The notes under the pieces: model-generated | Seen by the model: only the letters and a program-made list of their open reading frames with translations | What the model was told of the DNA's origin: nothing | Databases searched by the model: none | Program-made: the position numbers and the translations under genes | In this document: piece after piece, positions 60,556 through 64,000 of the stretch | Layout: each line of letters starts with the position of its first letter | Position numbering within the stretch: position 1 is the stretch's first letter | DNA from: Vicinamibacterales bacterium | Lineage (GTDB): Bacteria; Acidobacteriota; Vicinamibacteria; Vicinamibacterales; UBA8438 | Assembly: GCA_965222905.1 (NCBI GenBank) | Contig: OZ244976.1 | Span: 6,310,815-6,374,814 of the forward strand | DNA: 64,000 bases | Direction of reading: 5' to 3'

Positions 60556-61669
60556 TGGGGTATCCATTTAACCGGAGTCAGCGGTGTACCCTGGGGCGAT
60601 GGATCGCCCTCGCGCCGGTGCGCACTATCCGAGATCCGTGGGCGAGTTCCAGGCATGGTTCCAGAGCGACGAGGACTGCCTGGACTACCTGGAGTGGCTG
60701 CGGTGGCCGGCGGGCTTCGCATGCTTGGTCTGTGGCCACCAGGCAGCGTGGCGCCTCGGCGACGGCCGACTGATGTGCTCCGGGTGCGGGAACCGTTCCT
60801 CGGTGACCGCGGGCACGATCTTCGACCGTACGCGAACGCCGTTGACGGTTTGGTTCAACGCCTGCTGGCTGTTCGCCAGCGGCAAGGACGGGATTTCGGC
60901 ACTGAGTCTGAAACGGACGTTGGAAATTGGTTCCTATCAGACGGCGTGGACGATGCTGCATCGGCTTCGCGCGGTGCTGGTACGTCCAGGGCGGGAACGA
61001 TTGGCCGGGATGGTACAGGTGGATGAGACCTACATCGGTGGTGTGGAGCCGGACCTGCCCGGTGGCCGAGCTCAGGGCAAGAAGGTCCTGACCGGCGTAG
61101 CAGTCGAGGTCCGGGAGCCGAAAGGGATGGGCCGGTGCCGTATGGCGCCTCTCGCCGACGCCTCCGCGGCCTCGCTGCATCAGTTCGTGACCGATCACCT
61201 TGAACCGGGCGCGACGGTCGTGACCGACGGCTGGCAGGGGTACAGGGGACTCGACAGGCTCGGGTACTCCCACGTCAGGCACAGTCAGCGAGCCGCCCGA
61301 TTCCGTGGCGAGGATCCCGGCAAGCTACTTCCCGCCGTACATCAGGTCATCTCGCTGGCCAAGCGGTGGCTGCTCGGCACCCATCAGGGGGCCGCGGACG
61401 ACGCACATTTGGCCAGCTACCTCAACGAGTTCGTGTTCCGCTTCAATCGTCGGCGTTCTCGCAGCCGGGGGATGCTGTTCTTTCGGGTTCTCGAACTCGC
61501 CGTCGCCCACGATCCCGTGCGCTACCATGACCTCATCGCCAGCCGTCGGCCGCGGAAAGTCCCGCCAACACCGCCACTCGTGCGTGGCCGCCCGCCGAGC
61601 TTGGCGCGGCCACCGGCGAACCGCCCGTGGAGAATGGCGTCGGGATACTCCGGTTAAATGGATACCCCA
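60556..61669 (+). mobile_element. IS1595-family insertion sequence
   Basis: Perfect 23-bp inverted repeats TGGGGTATCCATTTAACCGGAGT (60556-60578) and ACTCCGGTTAAATGGATACCCCA (61647-61669). AGTGCCCAT flanks both sides (60547-60555 and 61672-61680, the latter offset by GC). Confidence 0.88.
60584..61657 (+). CDS. IS1595-family transposase
   Basis: EDCLDYLEWLRWPAGFACLVCGH...CSGCGNRSSVTAGTIF (Zn-ribbon) ...VQVDETYIGG...VVTDGWQGYRGL...YLNEFVFRFNRR. Confidence 0.9.
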   Translation: MYPGAMDRPRAGAHYPRSVGEFQAWFQSDEDCLDYLEWLRWPAGFACLVCGHQAAWRLGDGRLMCSGCGNRSSVTAGTIFDRTRTPLTVWFNACWLFASGKDGISALSLKRTLEIGSYQTAWTMLHRLRAVLVRPGRERLAGMVQVDETYIGGVEPDLPGGRAQGKKVLTGVAVEVREPKGMGRCRMAPLADASAASLHQFVTDHLEPGATVVTDGWQGYRGLDRLGYSHVRHSQRAARFRGEDPGKLLPAVHQVISLAKRWLLGTHQGAADDAHLASYLNEFVFRFNRRRSRSRGMLFFRVLELAVAHDPVRYHDLIASRRPRKVPPTPPLVRGRPPSLARPPANRPWRMASGYSG

Positions 61670-61865
61670 GCAGTGCCCATATGCCAGGAGGTGTGCCCTA
61701 AACACCCGGATCTCGGGGCCCTCTGGTGCGCACTGTTTCCGTAAATGTTGGCACGTGGCTAGGCACGTGCCCGTCGTTTTGGCCGTTTTCGCCTAAGCTT
61801 TTACTGCCGGGCCCGGGCACGTGCCCGCCCCACGTCAAGTCCCGTACGCCAGAACAGAAGGGGGT

Positions 61866-61895
61866 GAGCGACCCGGCAGTTCGGGTCGCTCTTTT
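61866..61895 (+). terminator. rho-independent terminator
   Basis: GAGCGACCCG-gcagtt-CGGGTCGCTC followed by TTTT(CCCATTTTT). No annotated plus-strand gene ends just upstream, so it may terminate a small RNA or IS read-out transcript. Confidence 0.55.
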
Positions 61896-62115
61896 CCCAT
61901 TTTTCCCTGCGGGAAGGCTTTTTGGTGCTCGACTCGCTTTGGGCACAGCACCTAGTGCCCTACGCAGCCAGAGAACGCTAGCACGAGGTGTCTTAGCATA
62001 GGCATACCGGCTGTGGCGCGTGCACTGCCTGCAAAGGCTAGTGCCTAGACTGGCAGCCGCAATCCGACAGGCGGTGCTGTGCGCGCCGACGCACGCCCTG
62101 TGTTACAGTGCGGCG

Positions 62116-62508
62116 ATGCGAAAGACATGCACGATCTCGATTCCGACCTGGTATCCGGACGACTACGCCGAGCAGCTCGGGGTGCTGGCCGAGCGCCTCG
62201 GCTTCGCCAGCCGGTCCGAGTTTCTGGTCGCTCTGGCCGACCGGGCGGTCCAGGCGACCGGACTGTACGCGCTCGGATTCTCGCGCGGCGTCGAGGCCGG
62301 AATGGAGCTGCGCGCCGCACGCGACGAGCGCCAAATGGAGTTGCACCGGCTCACCAACGAGTACGCCGAAGCCGGCGCCGACGTGCTGAGCGCGATGAAG
62401 CGCGCAGCGCAAGAGGAGACCGGCGCCAAGGGAATTGGCGTACAGCGCCGGATCCTGAGCGAGCAGTTCCGCACCGACGAAGACGTGCTCGCGGACGAGG
62501 ACTCATAG
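62116..62508 (+). CDS. ribbon-helix-helix protein
   Basis: MRKTCTISIPTWYPDDYAEQLGVLAERLGFASRSEFLVALADRAV (RHH) plus a coiled-coil-like tail. Divergent from the 59439-60275 RHH pair. Confidence 0.6.
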   Translation: MRKTCTISIPTWYPDDYAEQLGVLAERLGFASRSEFLVALADRAVQATGLYALGFSRGVEAGMELRAARDERQMELHRLTNEYAEAGADVLSAMKRAAQEETGAKGIGVQRRILSEQFRTDEDVLADEDS

Positions 62509-62509
62509 G

Positions 62510-63400
62510 CAGGTTCCGAACCCAAGCCATCACGGTCGACGAAACCTGATGGCCGAGACGACAAGACCGGCGCCCGGCGCCGCGGCCAGGAGCAGGCGGC
62601 CAAGACCGGCAGAGAGCGCCTGAACCCTCTGCAACTCGAAGGCGGCTTCGAGAAGCCGCGACGGATGACCTCAAGCACGGCAGCGAAGTGCAGACAGCCG
62701 CCCGGGCCGGCGGCCGAGCGGCCGGCCAACCCAAGGGCCGAGGCGGCAACCTGCCAACTGAATCGCCAGGAACAGAAAACGGCCTGAGACGCCGCAGAGA
62801 GCCCGCGAGCCGCCAACAAGCCCCGAAGACACCCGGAACGGGCACGACGGGCCACCAGCAGGCCCTGAACGCGTCAGAGCCAGATCCAGGACAGGTGGGG
62901 AAGACGAAGACGCACTCGGGACCCAATCGGCCGCTCCAAGCGCGGTCCGAGGCCCACCTCCGGCCAGGGGAAAGCCAGGTCGGAACGAACCACGGACTCA
63001 GCACGCGAGCGGCTCGGAAACGCGAGGCAGAAAGCGAGACGATCTGCCGAGTGCAGAAGACGTGCACAATGCCGGCAAGTTGCCAGCCAAGGGACCGCAC
63101 CGGGCGTGCGGCACGATCCCGGCATGCACGCACAACGCGTGCGGCAGGCTCGGACCACCAGTGCCCGCCGGGTGCGGGGGCCGGGCACGCCGAGTGCAAA
63201 GGGCGATCACGCCGAGTGCATCTTGCACCCAGGGCGACAGCAGTACCGGTGCGGCACGCATGGTGTTTGCGGGCGGCGCGCAGGCACGCCGCCCGCGGCA
63301 TGATGGCGAGTTGCATGTACGCCGTACACAAGTCGATCGCGGCGTGCACACACTCTGGAGCGGCGCGCACGGCAACGCACCTGGATCCGGATCGGGCGGG
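62510..63400 (+). repeat. T-depleted module A4
   Basis: 62701-62760 has 2 T versus 10 A per 60 nt. Its right end shares ordered blocks with the right end of A3: CAAAGGGCGATCA 63197 vs 58693; ACCGGTGCNGCACGCATG 63245 vs 58733; GCATGTACGCCG 63313 vs 59197/59365. Confidence 0.7.
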
Positions 63401-63609
63401 AACGGACCCAACAACTCGCACAGCTCGTTGCCGGCAGCGCGGAGCATGTCGTTTGCGCGGCGCCACTTGTCGTGCTGCGCCTTTGCGTCGCAGCGGTCGC
63501 GGTCGCGCGGCTCGTCCTCGGTCTCGCTGTCGTAGCGGAAGTCGAGGGTCCATTCCGACTCCTCGCGGCCTTCGGGCTTCGGCAGCCTGTTCTGTTGAAG
63601 CAGTTTCAC
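62998..63609 (-). CDS. hypothetical small protein; only the first ~70 codons look coding
   Basis: GTG 63609 behind GAAAGGAA: VKLLQQNRLPKPEGREESEWTLDFRYDSETEDEPRDRDRCDAKAQHDKWRRANDMLRAAGNELCELLGPF. The frame then runs on, Cys/Arg/Ala-rich, into T-depleted module A4 where stops are scarce, so the true end is unclear. Confidence 0.35.
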   Translation of the reverse strand: MKLLQQNRLPKPEGREESEWTLDFRYDSETEDEPRDRDRCDAKAQHDKWRRANDMLRAAGNELCELLGPFPPDPDPGALPCAPLQSVCTPRSTCVRRTCNSPSCRGRRACAPPANTMRAAPVLLSPWVQDALGVIALCTRRARPPHPAGTGGPSLPHALCVHAGIVPHARCGPLAGNLPALCTSSALGRSSRFLPRVSEPLAC

Positions 63610-63623
63610 TTTGTGTTCCTTTC

Positions 63624-64000
63624 TCAGTTGTCGTATCCGAGCACGGCTTGGCCCGTCTCCATGCGCTTGAGGCGCTCGGGCTGGTAGCGGGCCGCTTCCC
63701 ATTCGTCCCATGGCACCGAGCGGTCGTAGCCGCCGATGACCCAGCGCTGGAATCCGACCAGCTCGCGGGTGCGGCGGTAGGGCATGGGGTACGGTTTGGC
63801 TCCGAACCCGCGGATGGTTCGCAGCCGCTCCTGGCGGTCCTCCTGGCTTTCTCCGGGCCAGTACCCGACGAGCATGTAGACGAAAACGCGGTGCGGCGCC
63901 ACGCCGTTGTCCTTGAGCATCTGCAGGCCGCGCAGGAACCTGTCGCTGTCCTTCGGGTTGTCGAGGGCGGTGTACAGCCGCCTGATCTTCATCTGGTCAT
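63624..64000 (-). CDS. conserved hypothetical enzyme, C-terminal part (5' end beyond window); possibly radical-SAM-like
   Basis: ...RLYTALDNPKDSDRFLRGLQMLKDNGVAPHRVFVYMLVGYWPGESQEDRQERLRTIRGFGAKPYPMPY... Frame is open to the window edge. The family call is a weak recollection only. Confidence 0.5.
   Translation of the reverse strand, partial: DQMKIRRLYTALDNPKDSDRFLRGLQMLKDNGVAPHRVFVYMLVGYWPGESQEDRQERLRTIRGFGAKPYPMPYRRTRELVGFQRWVIGGYDRSVPWDEWEAARYQPERLKRMETGQAVLGYDN

Noticed and set aside
62351-63553. 400-aa minus-strand ORF across module A4
   Set aside because: Same stop-depletion artefact. It overlaps the real RHH gene in antisense and has Arg/Ala/Pro-rich composition.
18790-64000. Direct repeat of the tRNA-Thr 3' end (attR) marking the island end
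   Set aside because: I scanned for GGTTCGAGTCCGCTC-like strings and found none within the window. I cannot exclude a short or degenerate copy without a computed search.

Overview
High-GC bacterial chromosome segment. Positions 1-18.8 kb are a conserved housekeeping block, mostly on the minus strand: rpsA, cmk, rluB-like, scpB, scpA, trpS, uvrC, a CDP-alcohol phosphatidyltransferase, efp, mpg, uvrA and tRNA-Thr(CGT). It is interrupted once, between efp and mpg, by an ISKra4-like IS that itself carries a nested three-integrase RIT element. From the 3' end of tRNA-Thr (18.79 kb) to the window end lies a ~45 kb accessory region. It is a graveyard of IS elements (IS5/IS1182-like, IS3, ISKra4-family, IS21, Tn5/IS4-like fused to a DUF4338-like domain, IS1595), integrase fragments and pseudogenes. 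Mixed in are defence-type genes: an MmeI-family type IIG R-M enzyme split by an IS plus a deleted paralogue, a HEPN-AbiU2 pair, VapBC, an XRE-regulated DUF1524/HNH-Excalibur nuclease, an Rpn nuclease pseudogene, an MTase-REase fragment and a trypsin-like protease. Two things are not explained by families I recognise. (i) An intact, promoter-equipped two-gene operon (25663-29519) encodes an HTH plus degenerate-HKD (PLD-like) protein and a 712-aa helical partner. (ii) A family of non-coding segments (49.6-63.4 kb, up to 2.4 kb each) is strongly T-depleted on the plus strand, packed with GCATGC and 11-bp-phased CCGCAY repeats, and associated with three small RHH genes. PadR plus ADOP-type permease remnants hint at an Acidobacteriota-like host (inference only). 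All calls come from reading the sequence and the ORF track by eye; no database search was run.
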